Part shown: positions 63,603 to 64,000 of the stretch, in pieces
Numbering within the stretch: position 1 is the first letter of the stretch
Layout: each line of letters starts with the position of its first letter
Assembly: GCA_963823665.1 (NCBI GenBank)
Contig: CAWGMQ010000011.1
Span: forward strand, 768,001 to 832,000
Reading direction: 5' to 3'
Source: an uncultured Planctomycetota bacterium
Lineage (GTDB): Bacteria > Planctomycetota > Planctomycetia > Isosphaerales > Isosphaeraceae
Length of the DNA: 64,000 bases
Made by a program: the position numbers and the translations under genes
Notes under the pieces: model-generated
What the model was told of the DNA's origin: nothing
What the model saw: the letters and a program-made list of their open reading frames with translations, nothing else
Databases searched by the model: none

Positions 63603-64000
63603 CTATGCAAATAGATCGACTATCGTCGCATTCCCGCAGTGCTGCTCGATCGCACGGCGCGCCAGATTGAACCACCGCGAGCAAACGTCGAGCACGGCGC
63701 TGTCAGCAGTCGCCACGATTTCGCATGAAGCTTTCAAAAGCGGATCAGGGTCGACGACCAGGTCGACCAGCCAGTCGAGTCGGCGTTCCTCGGCGTGGCG
63801 GAGAACAAGGCTCCGAATCCGCCCGCTGTTGGAAACCGGGCGGTCAAAGAGCCAGCGGCAGTGGCGGACGTTCAAGCCGGAGATTGTCTCCGCCAGGAGC
63901 ACGATCGCCGGGCTTGTCTCGTCGACACGGCGGTGCGTCCCGTGCAACCCGGCGATGTCGCGATAGGTCTCGTCCCGGCACGCGAGTACGACGGCACCTC
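63603..64000 (-). CDS. DUF434 family protein, C-terminal part (runs off window end)
   Basis: CRDETYRDIAGLHGTHRRVDET, LFDRPVSNSGR, VATADSAVLD...WFNL. Confidence 0.75.
   Translation of the reverse strand, partial: GAVVLACRDETYRDIAGLHGTHRRVDETSPAIVLLAETISGLNVRHCRWLFDRPVSNSGRIRSLVLRHAEERRLDWLVDLVVDPDPLLKASCEIVATADSAVLDVCSRWFNLARRAIEQHCGNATIVDLFA

Overview
GC-rich bacterial DNA whose gene families (DUF4058, DUF1549/DUF1553 cytochrome c protein, planctomycete-type ECF sigma, six Hanks-type Ser/Thr kinase genes, BlaI/M56, TIGR03067-like domain, Uma2) point to a planctomycete, probably Isosphaeraceae/Singulisphaera-like. Housekeeping blocks are tyrA-purL-purQ, phoR-pstSCAB, amt, prolyl oligopeptidase and acyl-CoA dehydrogenase, interleaved with accessory patches. 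Main observations: (1) an ECF sigma with a DPSD rather than DAED sigma2.2 motif, followed by an uncharacterised TA-like gene pair and two tandem giant kinases with near-identical N-termini, a shared ~70 aa C-terminal cap and divergent helical-repeat middles; (2) a toxin-antitoxin patch at 19.7-22 kb and a site at 43.3 kb where the toxins (HNH-like, RelE-like) appear to survive only as stubs while the small partners are intact; (3) an Amt with both Phe-gate residues and Ser219 substituted; (4) a perfect 19-bp-arm BlaI operator over a sigma70 promoter; (5) a cluster of gene fragments at 60.5-63.6 kb that includes a ~0.7 kb partial duplication. At least 13 frameshifts, mostly 1-2 bp in short runs and including one in tyrA, suggest long-read indel errors, so split genes are reported as joined. 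No rRNA, tRNA, CRISPR array or intact transposase was recognised. All family calls come from motif recognition by eye, not from database searches.
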